Position numbers and translations under genes: made by a program. From positions 65,293 to 129,292 of IMG/VR virus record IMGVR_UViG_2784746770_000001: a stretch of DNA of 64,000 nt. The stretch is one strand, 5' to 3'. Numbering within the stretch: position 1 is the first letter of the stretch; each line of letters starts with the position of its first letter. Under the pieces are notes generated by a model, which ran no database searches, was not told the DNA's origin, and saw nothing but the letters and a program-made list of their open reading frames with translations. Of this stretch, positions 55,698 to 64,000 are shown piece by piece. The stretch is from a virus. Taxonomy: Duplodnaviria; Caudoviricetes.

Positions 55698-55719
55698 CCA
55701 GCGCTCGCTCTTGCGCCAG
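55698..55719 (-). promoter_or_regulatory. AAGAGCGA leader hairpin copy 7, upstream of the traB operon
   Basis: CUGGCGC-AAGAGCGA-GCGCUGG; two G-U pairs are possible only on the minus strand. Confidence 0.7.
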
Positions 55720-55816
55720 TCTCATACGAAGGGTACCGGCCATGATCGGCCGGTGCGCGGGTGGAATTCGCGCCACGGGCCCCGAAGTTGAGGTGAGGGA
55801 TCGTTACGCTCGCGAG

Positions 55817-56152
55817 GTGACCGTGGAACTTCCGCCACCTCCCGGCCCGTGCTGCCCCCTCGGTCTCGTCTTCCAGGCCCAGCTCGACCGGGCGCGCACC
55901 CGCGCGACCGAGGCCGACAGTCCGGAAGCGGAGACTACGGCGGTCGACCGGACCCTCCTCGCCATCGAGACCTGGGCCGAGCACCAGATCGACGCCCACG
56001 GCGCCGAGGCCGCAGCCGTTCCGTCCTGCCCGGCCTGCCAGCGGTTCGACTTCCCGCCGCCATACGACATGAGCACGGAGGACTGGAGCTACATGCGCAG
56101 GATCCACCGCATCGCGCACCGCCTCATGCCCACCGTCATCCGTCCGAGCTGA
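55817..56152 (+). CDS. Hypothetical protein (start uncertain)
   Basis: High-GC3 codons; CC..H..CPAC..H residues. Confidence 0.55.
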   Translation: MTVELPPPPGPCCPLGLVFQAQLDRARTRATEADSPEAETTAVDRTLLAIETWAEHQIDAHGAEAAAVPSCPACQRFDFPPPYDMSTEDWSYMRRIHRIAHRLMPTVIRPS

Positions 56153-56286
56153 CCTCAGGGAAGACGGACCACTCCACCGCCAGGCCCTCCTCGTCGAAGC
56201 AGACGGTCAAGGAGGGCACGGACTCCAGCAGCCGGCGGCGTGCCAGCTCCTCGACGTACGAGCGGGGGACGAGCCTGGTGCGACCG

Positions 56287-56667
56287 TCAGCGGAGCGGCT
56301 GCATCGACCGCAGCCGGTCCGCGATGTCGTACACGGACAGCCGCAGCCCGCGGATGTCACGGACCAGGGCCTCCCACGGCTCGAAAGCGTCATCGATGGT
56401 CTCCCCGGACGCCCGGATGTACGCCACCGCCACGCCGTACGCGAAGAAGGCGTTGCGAGCCGGCAGCGGGCGCAGCAGCACGAGCGCATCGAGCAGCGCC
56501 GCGGCGCGCCAGTAGGCGTCCGGCTCGCCGGCTTCGAGACCGGGGGTGTTGACCTTGTGCCGGGCGACGGCGGCCACGAGGCCGGACCAGTCGCGGACAC
56601 CGAGTTCCTTGCCGAGCAAGTCCTCCTGGCGGTCGAGGAGCCACCGGAGGTCGACGTGCAGCTCCAA
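56287..56667 (-). CDS. Doc/Fic-like toxin (degenerate Fic motif)
   Basis: VRDWSGLVAAVARH..RAAALLDALVLLRPLPARNAFFA; downstream of a small antitoxin. Confidence 0.8.
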   Translation of the reverse strand: MELHVDLRWLLDRQEDLLGKELGVRDWSGLVAAVARHKVNTPGLEAGEPDAYWRAAALLDALVLLRPLPARNAFFAYGVAVAYIRASGETIDDAFEPWEALVRDIRGLRLSVYDIADRLRSMQPLR

Positions 56668-56669
56668 GG

Positions 56670-56921
56670 TCAGGCCGCCCGGCGTGCAGCATCTCGGGGA
56701 GCCGGAGCGTCCTCGGGGAACGCGGCGTCGAACGCCTCGGCGATGCCCGGCCGCCGGGTGACCTCGCGGAACTCAGCGGTCGCCCGGGTCAGCCGAAGAT
56801 GGTTCTCCTCCTGGACGGCCAGGTCAGCCAGGAACGCGCGCAGGCTCATGCCGCGGGCCTCGGCGACGGCGGCCAACCGGTCCCTGGTCTCGGCGCTGAC
56901 CTTCACTGTGGTGTCTGCCAT
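56670..56921 (-). CDS. Ribbon-helix-helix antitoxin
   Basis: MADTTVKVSAETRDRLAAVAEARGMSLRAFLADL. Confidence 0.85.
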   Translation of the reverse strand: MADTTVKVSAETRDRLAAVAEARGMSLRAFLADLAVQEENHLRLTRATAEFREVTRRPGIAEAFDAAFPEDAPAPRDAARRAA

Positions 56922-56973
56922 GCCTCCGAGTATGCACCGATAGGCACCTCTGTGAATACCGGTCGTCCGTGAA

Positions 56974-57291
56974 TCACGCGCCCGGGTACGCGGGCGTCGG
57001 CCGCGGAGACGCCGACACCCAGCCGTCCGGCGTCTTGTACTCCATCCCCGAGGTGACATGCAGCTTCACCGGCCGCTCCTCGCCGTCGCGCTGCACCACC
57101 AGGTACTGCCCAGCCGTGTCCACGACCGTCCCCTCACGCCCCTCCGAGCGGACCCGGATGCCGATGTCGACCCGGATCCCGCACCGCTCCTCCAGACCGT
57201 AGTAAGTCCGGATGTGCTCCAGGTTCGAGGCCCGACGCTCACGGTCCAGCCGCTCCTGCTCCAACTGCTCTTCGTCGAAGTCGTAGTTCAC
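56974..57291 (-). CDS. Hypothetical phage-type protein
   Basis: LEHIRTYYG..GIRV..GREGTVV..GQYLVVQRDGE..H; GTGA-coupled. Confidence 0.7.
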   Translation of the reverse strand: MNYDFDEEQLEQERLDRERRASNLEHIRTYYGLEERCGIRVDIGIRVRSEGREGTVVDTAGQYLVVQRDGEERPVKLHVTSGMEYKTPDGWVSASPRPTPAYPGA

Positions 57292-57713
57292 GGGGTGCTG
57301 CTCTCCTTGGAGATCGGGGCAGGGCGGAGCTCGGTGAGCACCAGGACGACGCGGCCGCCGGCCTGCGCGCACCGCTCGCCCGGCCGCGGGTCGGGACCTT
57401 TGAGCCGGGAGGCGTTGTCGTCGGGCAGGACGCCAGCGTCGACCAGTCCGTCGACCGCAGCCTTCACGGTCGGGGACCAGTTTCCCGGATCGAAGCGGGT
57501 GGTGCGCGGGCCGGGGTGCACGCGGTAGACGACGTGCGCCCACAGCAGCGGCGGAACCCGCATCGAGCGGGCGGTCGCAGCCACCTCGCGGCGAATCTCC
57601 GCCGTCCGGCCCGCGGCCTGCATCCAGTGCATCCGTGCGTTGCTGTTCAGGAGCTTCACCCCGTCGGGCACAGCGATCTCCCACGACCGCCCCGGGACGA
57701 GACCGGCGGGCAT
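57288..57713 (-). CDS. RusA-like Holliday junction resolvase
   Basis: LNSNARMHW..RFDPGNWSPTVKAAVDGLVDAGVLPDDN. Confidence 0.8.
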   Translation of the reverse strand: MPAGLVPGRSWEIAVPDGVKLLNSNARMHWMQAAGRTAEIRREVAATARSMRVPPLLWAHVVYRVHPGPRTTRFDPGNWSPTVKAAVDGLVDAGVLPDDNASRLKGPDPRPGERCAQAGGRVVLVLTELRPAPISKESSTP

Positions 57714-57960
57714 GACGACGTCCTCGCCCAGTCGTCGACGGCGCTGCCGTCGACCTGGCGCTGGTCTCTTCAGGCGAGCTCGAAGCGCGGTGAACCCTCG
57801 GCGCTCGGTATGGACGGACTCGGGCACCTTCACGACAGTCCCTTTCGCTCGGCACGGGCGGCAGGGGTGCACGATGAAGGAAGGCCCGGGATACGGTCGC
57901 CCTCCTCGGTTTCGAAGAGTCGCGGGCGTCTGGCCTCGGCGCGAAGCAAGGGAAGTCGGA

Positions 57961-58266
57961 TTGATCACGACCAGGCAGTACAAGGCGATCCACCACTTCA
58001 TCGCCGATCGGATCAGCGAGACGGGGCACCGCGCAATGACCGATCCGTTCGTCGCAGCGGTCACCGCCCAGGTCATCGTGCATGAAGAGGTTTTGCCCTA
58101 CCGCGAACACAAGACCCTCGACAGACGTGACGCCGGCTTCATCGACGGACTTGGCTTGGCACTGCTCCACGTTGCAGCGCGATGGAAGGATCACCCGGAC
58201 TACAAGGCCGCCTGGGCGCCGCCGCGCGTCGAGGGACGTCATCTCATGGACGGCGACTACACCTGA
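57961..58266 (+). CDS. DUF6221-like protein (start uncertain)
   Basis: FIADRISE..ALLHVAARWKDHPDYKAAW. Confidence 0.6.
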   Translation: MITTRQYKAIHHFIADRISETGHRAMTDPFVAAVTAQVIVHEEVLPYREHKTLDRRDAGFIDGLGLALLHVAARWKDHPDYKAAWAPPRVEGRHLMDGDYT

Positions 58267-58345
58267 TGGGGGGAGGCAGGGTTATCGGTGAGATCGACCT
58301 TGGCTGGCTAGCGCACCCGAGGGCCGGACGCATCGTTGGACAGGC

Positions 58346-58552
58346 ATGACGACCACAGACCCCAGCCAGTCGTTCGACACCCTCCTCGACGAGTACGAAC
58401 AGCGTTTGCGCCGACAAGGCACATCCGATCTCGGCGTTTCAATTGCCGTGTGGCGAGTGCGCAGCGTGCGCGACGACGATCCCGAAGTCAGCTTCGAGGA
58501 CGCCCTTGAGTACGCCGAGATCGTCAGCTCCGTCTTGGATCCGCACACGTGA
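58346..58552 (+). CDS. Small hypothetical protein
   Basis: Fills the gap between genes; plausible composition. Confidence 0.5.
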   Translation: MTTTDPSQSFDTLLDEYEQRLRRQGTSDLGVSIAVWRVRSVRDDDPEVSFEDALEYAEIVSSVLDPHT

Positions 58553-58621
58553 GTCAACCGTGAGAAGGACGTGGGCCACCTATCCCTCTGTGGGGCCAGG
58601 TATCGGTCGACGTCACAGGTC

Positions 58622-59227
58622 CTACGTGGTCGGAGCGCCGGCGGCGACGCGGTCCGCATTCGCCAGGTCCTCGATGCTCTGCTCCGTCCCCCCGGTGTTC
58701 CGCAGCAAGTAGATGCGGGCCTCGTCCTCCAGGCAGGTCGCGGTCTTCACCGTCTCGCTCTGGATCGAGGCTTCCAGCGTCATCTTGTTCCGGCCAAGCC
58801 GGCTCAGGTACGAGAAGCGGACGTAGGGGCCGTCCTCGGTGTCCTCGGTCCGCTCGACGTGCTCCGGAGGGAACCAGCTGGCCGGGACCGCGAACTCGTT
58901 GGCGAACCACATCTTCGCGGTGGTGATGCGCTGTTGGCCATCCACGCAGGCGAGAGAGGGATCCGACTCCGGGTTGAAGGGTTTGCCGTCGGCGTCACGC
59001 CACCGGGAGTTCCAGCGGTCGGCCAGAACGACCGAGCCCACGGAGATCCCGCGCAGCCAGGACTCCACTAGACGGATTCGCTGGTCGAGCGTCCACACGT
59101 CCCCTCGCTGGTAGGGCGGGTTCAGGTCCAGGTGGCCCTCCTCCACCATGCGGGCCAGGGAGCTGGCGCGCTCGTGCTTGATCTCGAAGTTGGTGTACTC
59201 GATGGGAGCGTCGGTCTGGCGGGTCAC
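58622..59227 (-). CDS. Stand-alone DUF262 (ParB/Srx-fold, DGQQR) protein
   Basis: LNPPYQRGDVWT..LVESWLRGISVGSV..VDGQQRITT..YLLRNTGG. Confidence 0.88.
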   Translation of the reverse strand: MTRQTDAPIEYTNFEIKHERASSLARMVEEGHLDLNPPYQRGDVWTLDQRIRLVESWLRGISVGSVVLADRWNSRWRDADGKPFNPESDPSLACVDGQQRITTAKMWFANEFAVPASWFPPEHVERTEDTEDGPYVRFSYLSRLGRNKMTLEASIQSETVKTATCLEDEARIYLLRNTGGTEQSIEDLANADRVAAGAPTT

Positions 59228-59535
59228 TGGGAGTCCTTCGGGGTCGTCTTGACAGCGGCAGAGGGCCCTGCGTAGGGCGACACCCGCACGATCAGGCGCA
59301 GGAGCGCCTGCTCCAGGTAGTGGCGGTGCGACGCCCACTGCGCTGCGAGGTCTTCCGGGTGGTGCTCTTGTGCGCGGTCGGCGGCTGCATCGAGGTCCTC
59401 GCGCGCCTTGCTGACAGCCTCGCGGATTCGCGCCCCTCGCTCGACGTCCTCAGCGGTTCTGCCTGCGGCTGACTGCGCCTTCGCCTTCCCGACGAGCTGG
59501 CTCAACTCGGCCAGCGTCACGTCAAGTTCGGTCAC
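59224..59535 (-). CDS. Hypothetical protein
   Basis: GAGGAG RBS; coupled on both sides. Confidence 0.65.
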   Translation of the reverse strand: MTELDVTLAELSQLVGKAKAQSAAGRTAEDVERGARIREAVSKAREDLDAAADRAQEHHPEDLAAQWASHRHYLEQALLRLIVRVSPYAGPSAAVKTTPKDSQ

Positions 59536-59960
59536 TGGGACTCCTCCTCGGGGATGGCCTTGATGATGGCCTGGGCGAAGACGTCCTTGACGTCGTCGCG
59601 GAGCCGGTAGCCGCGGACCTGGCCGTAGCCGGGACCGATGTAGTCCATCGGCGGCTTCGTGCCGTTGGGCCACCACCCCGCGACCACGCCCTTGCCCAGG
59701 GTGGTGGTGAGGCCCCTGGAGTGCCCCTGCAGTCCCTTGCCCTCCTCGCGCAGCTCCTCGGCCGGCACGTACCCTCCGCGGCGCACGGCTTCGCGGAGGA
59801 TGCGCGCGGCGCGGGGCGGGAGCTCGCGGTAGTACCGTTCGGCGCGCTCCAGGGTCCACTCGGTGTCGACCTCGACCTTGGCCGTGTGCCGGTCAGCCCA
59901 TGCGAGCAGCTCGTCCTTGGCTGTGCCGGTCGCATTCTCGATGGTGATGGTGATTCGCAC
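59532..59960 (-). CDS. Hypothetical protein
   Basis: GGGAGG RBS; codon usage. Confidence 0.75.
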   Translation of the reverse strand: MRITITIENATGTAKDELLAWADRHTAKVEVDTEWTLERAERYYRELPPRAARILREAVRRGGYVPAEELREEGKGLQGHSRGLTTTLGKGVVAGWWPNGTKPPMDYIGPGYGQVRGYRLRDDVKDVFAQAIIKAIPEEESQ

Positions 59961-60091
59961 TCAGCCCTCCCGTTACATAAGGCGTGGATAGATGCCGTGT
60001 AGGCGTGATGGTGCGACTGTAGTGCCGTGGGGCCTCGGCTATGCGGCCTTTACCCACATCGAGTGAACGAGAGTGATAGTAAGGATCCCCT

Positions 60092-60121
60092 TACCTCCTA
60101 TTCGTGGAAGAATAGGAGGTA
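60092..60121. other. Candidate tyrosine-recombinase core site (12-6-12 inverted repeat)
   Basis: TACCTCCTATTC-GTGGAA-GAATAGGAGGTA in an AT-rich intergenic region upstream of the recombinase operon. Confidence 0.5.
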
Positions 60122-60201
60122 GTGAGGCCCCGTCAGGAAGCCCCGCAGTAGCAAGCTTTCAGGTCCTGAAACTTAGCGAACCGAAACAATCGGGAGCGCG
60201 C

Positions 60202-60918
60202 GTGCAGATCGAGCACCACCCCCTCACCGGCCGGCCCGTCGCCGTCCACCACGAGACCGCTACCAGCTGGGGCAAGCAGCTCCTCGCCGAGCACGGGCTC
60301 GACGAGCTCAAGCGCGAGGTGTACGAGGAGCTGACCGACGACCCGGCGTGGTGCCGCCCCGCCTCCGGCACGATCGGGCTCACCGTCACCACCGAAGGTG
60401 AGATGACCACGGTCACCGCCTGGAGTCGCTGCACCCGGCCGGCCTGCGTCGCGTACGGTGCCGCGCTCGCCGCGCTGAACGCCCTGCCCATGGGCGACGA
60501 CCCCGACAGCATCCCCGCCCTCCCGGCCGTGCTCGCCGACGTACGCGCTCAACTCGCCCCGCCTGTCATGCAGTTCGGCGACGAATTGGACGACGAGCCG
60601 CTGGTGTGGGCCTATCGCACCGGCGTCCTGCGCGAAGCGGCGATGTACCTGTCCTGGAGCGCCCGCGCACACGCTCGCGACACCGCGGGCCCGGCCGAGG
60701 ATGCGCTGCGCGCCGCCAACACCGAGGTCCTCGCCCGGGCCGCCGACCTCGGCCTGGACCTCACCGGCGGCCCCGTCGAACTCACCCACCTCGACAACCC
60801 CGGCATCTGGCGGGCCCTGGCCCGCCCGCTGCTCGACATCTTCACAACCCTCGCCACCGCGGTCGAGGCATACCCCGCCGCGACCGAGGCCCACCCCTCT
60901 GCGGAGGCAGCCTCGTGA
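60202..60918 (+). CDS. Hypothetical protein
   Basis: GGGAG RBS, GTG start. Confidence 0.7.
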   Translation: MQIEHHPLTGRPVAVHHETATSWGKQLLAEHGLDELKREVYEELTDDPAWCRPASGTIGLTVTTEGEMTTVTAWSRCTRPACVAYGAALAALNALPMGDDPDSIPALPAVLADVRAQLAPPVMQFGDELDDEPLVWAYRTGVLREAAMYLSWSARAHARDTAGPAEDALRAANTEVLARAADLGLDLTGGPVELTHLDNPGIWRALARPLLDIFTTLATAVEAYPAATEAHPSAEAAS

Positions 60919-61256
60919 ACGTCACCTACCTGCCGGGCGCCCGCGGCGGCGAAGATCCGAACCCCCCTGCCGAACGGCAGCAGAGCGAGGAGCTGATCCA
61001 GTTCGTCACCGACCGCATCGCGGACGCCGGCACCGGTCTTGCGCTGCCCCTCGCTGCGGGCGTCAGCGGACTACTGGCGACTTACGCGCACATCCTCCCC
61101 TTCCTCGACGACATGGGCCCCGAGTACTCCTCCGGCGTCGGCGACGGCCTCGGCCAGGCCCTGCGCTACATCGCGGCCGGCTGGAACCGCCACCCGGACT
61201 ACCGCCCCTACTTCGTCCCCCAGGCGCCCGCAACGATCTCGGAGTGGCCCGCATGA
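60915..61256 (+). CDS. DUF6221-like protein
   Basis: FVTDRIAD..ALRYIAAGWNRHPDYRP; GGAGG RBS; coupled. Confidence 0.65.
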   Translation: MNVTYLPGARGGEDPNPPAERQQSEELIQFVTDRIADAGTGLALPLAAGVSGLLATYAHILPFLDDMGPEYSSGVGDGLGQALRYIAAGWNRHPDYRPYFVPQAPATISEWPA

Positions 61257-62215
61257 GCGACAAGGCGCGCGAGCCCGAGCTCAGCTACCCCGCGGTGCGC
61301 AACGGCCTCGACTTCCTGCGCAGCGTCGTCGAGCACCTGGACGGGCCGGAGCCGGATTCCCGAGCCGTGAAGTTCGCCGTCCTCCACCTCCAGGCCGCCA
61401 CCGAGATCCTCCTGAAGGCTGCCCTCGCATCGATCGACTGGACGCTCGTCTTCCAGAACCCCGACGAAGCCGACGAGGCCGCGTACCAGGCGGGCGACTT
61501 CGTCAGCATCAAGCACGGCCGGGCGGTCGCTCTCCTGAAGGATCACGAGGTCACGATCACGGGCGGGGAGAAGCGGCAGATTGAGAAACTGGCGGGGGAC
61601 CGCAACAAGATCGCGCACTTCGGCGGCACGCTGAGCGCCGCGGCGGTCGAGGAACGTGCCGGGAAGGTACTGGAGTTCCTCCTCCGCTTCATAGACGACC
61701 ACTTGCCGTACGACCTGGGCGGCGCCGACGCCGAGGACATGGCGGTCGTCCGGGAGAGCGTCCCCCGTATCCGCTCCTACGTCACCGCCCGGATGGCCAA
61801 GCTCCAGCCCGAACTCGAAGCGCTCAAGGCGAGCACGCTGCAGTGCCCGAACTGCGAGCAGTGGGCCCTCGTAGTAGACGGCGGGTTCCACTGCCGGCTC
61901 TGCCCGGACGACCAGCAGGCGTGGGAGCCGTACCGGTTCGCGCTGGAGTACGCGGTCGGCGTGCTCGGCCACTCGTGGCGCGACTACCGCAAGACAGGTG
62001 CGGGCGAGACCTGCCCCAACTGCGGCCGGCACACCCTGTGCGGTGAGGTGTACTTCGCCGACGCTCCGGAGAAACGGCGCCAGTTCTGCCCCAGCTGCTC
62101 GATGACCTTCGACGGCCTCGACAACTGCATCCGCTGCACCCTGCCCTTCCAGCCCAGAGCCGAGGACGACCTGGCGTGCGATAACTGCTGGGCCGATGTG
62201 CTCGCGTCCGACTGA
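61253..62215 (+). CDS. HEPN-like protein with multiple C-terminal Zn ribbons
   Basis: AVLHLQAATEILLK and RNKIAH (Rx4H); CPNC/CRLC/CPNC/CPSC/CIRC/CDNC. Confidence 0.75.
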   Translation: MSDKAREPELSYPAVRNGLDFLRSVVEHLDGPEPDSRAVKFAVLHLQAATEILLKAALASIDWTLVFQNPDEADEAAYQAGDFVSIKHGRAVALLKDHEVTITGGEKRQIEKLAGDRNKIAHFGGTLSAAAVEERAGKVLEFLLRFIDDHLPYDLGGADAEDMAVVRESVPRIRSYVTARMAKLQPELEALKASTLQCPNCEQWALVVDGGFHCRLCPDDQQAWEPYRFALEYAVGVLGHSWRDYRKTGAGETCPNCGRHTLCGEVYFADAPEKRRQFCPSCSMTFDGLDNCIRCTLPFQPRAEDDLACDNCWADVLASD

Positions 62216-62238
62216 CGACCCTGAAAGGAGCAGGCGCG

Positions 62239-63573
62239 ATGAGCGATGCAGCGACCGAAGCGACTGAGGATCAGGAGATCGTCTTCGGCGAGCTCGTGGA
62301 CGACGGGCCCGGGCACCTGCCCGCCAACGTCGTCATCGAGGCCGCGCCGGCGCCCGCCTTCCACATCACCCGCCACACCGTGCTCGGCGAGGGCGAGCTG
62401 CCGCCCCGCGTCGACGAGGTCGCCCGCTTCACCACCGCGGACTTCTACGTTCCCGACTCCGTGAAGCAGCGCTACGACAACCGCGGGTCTCGCAACACCC
62501 GGGTGAACCGGGACGCCACCCGCAAGCGCTACCGCACCTGGTGCGAGCAGCAGAAGCCCCGCCGCGCCGCGTGGCCGGAGACCACCACCTCCAACCTCGC
62601 CGCGTACATCGGCCACCTCATGGAGACTGGCCAGGGCAAGCCTCGCGAGCCATACCAGCCGTACAGCCCCGACAGTCTCCTCGCCTACTGCACCCACATC
62701 ACCACCTGGTATCCCAAGGGCAAACGGCCCGACGACTCCGCGATCCGCGAGATGATCGAGGGCTACCGGCTGGAGGAGTACATCCCGGCCGGCGGCGAGA
62801 AGAAGGAGGCCGCGGCCCTGACCATGAAGTACCTGGTCACGGTCCTCGACCGCATCGACGAGACCACCCGGATCGGCCGCCGCGACGCCGCCATGCTCGC
62901 GCTCCAGTACGGCATGCTCTACCGCTCGGTCGAGGTCACACACCTGCTCGTCAAGAACGTCCGCATCCACGCCGAGGGCGTCTCGGTGTGGACCTCGAAG
63001 TCCAAGACCAGGAGGAAGGGCAACGGCCGGTGGCGGTTCATCCGCGACCGCGAGGACCTGCGACTCGTCGCCCGCGTCCGGGCCTGGCTCGCCGACCTCC
63101 GCGACCTGCGCGAGCCCAGCGCCACCGAGCAGAACCCGACCGACGGCGAGAGCGCCTACCTCCCGAACAAACCCCTCTTCCGGGCCCTGACAACGAAGGG
63201 TGACCTCACCCGCCGCCAGAACGCCAAGGTCAGCGGCCAGTTCCTCAGTGGCCGGTCCGTCAACGTGATGGTCAAGGCCCGCGTGGCGGCCGTCGGCCTC
63301 TCCTACATCGACGGGCTCAAGGTCACCTCGCATTCGCTGCGCGCTGGCCCGAACACTGACATGGCCGAGGCCCAGGTGCCGCTCGAAGAACGCAACGAAG
63401 CCGGCGACTGGAGCCGGGACTCCACCCTCGCCGATGATGTTTACAACCGGCCCGACGGCTCCGTCGACATCACCAAGCACGACCCGCTCGACGCCGTTCC
63501 GCTGTACGGCGGACCGGCGCACGCCGCCGTGGCGCACGCCCGCGCGGAGGCCACCGGCGCGAAAGAGGCATAA
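62239..63573 (+). CDS. Cre-like tyrosine recombinase
   Basis: RDAAMLALQYGMLYRSVEV (R), SKSKT (K), HSLRAG (HxxR), AGDWS (W), DDVYNR (Y). Confidence 0.9.
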   Translation: MSDAATEATEDQEIVFGELVDDGPGHLPANVVIEAAPAPAFHITRHTVLGEGELPPRVDEVARFTTADFYVPDSVKQRYDNRGSRNTRVNRDATRKRYRTWCEQQKPRRAAWPETTTSNLAAYIGHLMETGQGKPREPYQPYSPDSLLAYCTHITTWYPKGKRPDDSAIREMIEGYRLEEYIPAGGEKKEAAALTMKYLVTVLDRIDETTRIGRRDAAMLALQYGMLYRSVEVTHLLVKNVRIHAEGVSVWTSKSKTRRKGNGRWRFIRDREDLRLVARVRAWLADLRDLREPSATEQNPTDGESAYLPNKPLFRALTTKGDLTRRQNAKVSGQFLSGRSVNVMVKARVAAVGLSYIDGLKVTSHSLRAGPNTDMAEAQVPLEERNEAGDWSRDSTLADDVYNRPDGSVDITKHDPLDAVPLYGGPAHAAVAHARAEATGAKEA

Positions 63574-63587
63574 CCGGATCCGACAAC

Positions 63588-63630
63588 GACCCTGCCAGGC
63601 TTCCCCGAGCGGGCTGGCCTGGCAGGGTCT
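63588..63630. terminator. Hairpin terminator between convergent genes
   Basis: GACCCTGCCAGGC..GCCTGGCAGGGTC 13-bp stem. Confidence 0.8.
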
Positions 63631-63682
63631 CTTGCTCTCCGCGGTCGCGGGGAAGGTGCCGCCCCGCACTGGAGATAGGCCG

Positions 63683-64000
63683 CTACCCGATGCCGTACTC
63701 GCGCAGGTACGCCGCGCGCTCTGCGGCCGTCCGCATCGGGCCGGTGTAGGGGCGGTCACGCCATGACGGGCGCGGGGACGAGACGGGGGCCGGTGGCTCC
63801 GAGAGCGGCACGCCAGCCATGATGTCGGTCTCGTTGTAGTTGGCCGGGGTCTGGGCGACGAATACGGTCGTCTCGTTCGGCTCATCGACCCAGTCGCCGT
63901 GCAGGTGCCAGCCAGCGGCGAGGAGCGCCGCGGCGGCCGCCTCCTTCGCCTCGTCGAGCGTGTCCGGCCCGGACGGGACGTCGAGGGTCTGCTCGATGTC
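63683..64000 (-). CDS. Hypothetical protein, 3' part (runs off the right edge)
   Basis: Manual translation ..DIEQTLDVPSGPDTLDEAKEAAAAALLAAGWHLHGDW..YLREYGIG*. Confidence 0.6.
   Translation of the reverse strand, partial: DIEQTLDVPSGPDTLDEAKEAAAAALLAAGWHLHGDWVDEPNETTVFVAQTPANYNETDIMAGVPLSEPPAPVSSPRPSWRDRPYTGPMRTAAERAAYLREYGIG

Larger units (their letters stand above)
1..64000. mobile_element. Segment of a large Streptomyces-type phage-plasmid / conjugative element (no boundaries visible)
   Basis: Terminase, endolysin, SSB and HNH occur with an AEP-type Rep, FtsK/TraB, a TA pair and a tyrosine recombinase. No host core genes are present. Confidence 0.8.

Overview
Very GC-rich actinobacterial (Streptomyces-like) mobile DNA with no housekeeping genes. 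It is best read as part of a large phage-plasmid hybrid. Phage-type genes: terminase large subunit, two terminase-small-like HTH proteins, HNH, amidase endolysin, SSB, RusA-like resolvase, HTH replication initiator. Plasmid-type genes: AEP-motif Rep with a structured leader, FtsK/TraB translocase, Doc-like toxin-antitoxin pair, Cre-like tyrosine recombinase with a candidate core site. No capsid, portal or tail genes were recognised in the window. About 25 kb (17.0-41.6 kb) is two divergent arrays of small unknown genes, many followed by GC-rich hairpins. The most striking unexplained structure is regulatory: (i) seven 5'-leader hairpins with an invariant AAGAGCGA loop and co-varying stems, usually behind a TAAGTkGGTGTACA promoter box (candidate antitermination or RNA-tag regulon); (ii) a second promoter class, GACAYAAR-N14-YAYnnT, before packaging and lysis genes; (iii) a tetraloop-rich candidate ncRNA at 18.35-18.5 kb; (iv) a five-palindrome array at 43.46-43.59 kb. 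An EspR-like/HEXXH/MAB_1171c/Tat-amidase cassette and an ECF sigma operon are also present. All calls come from reading the sequence by eye; no database searches were run.
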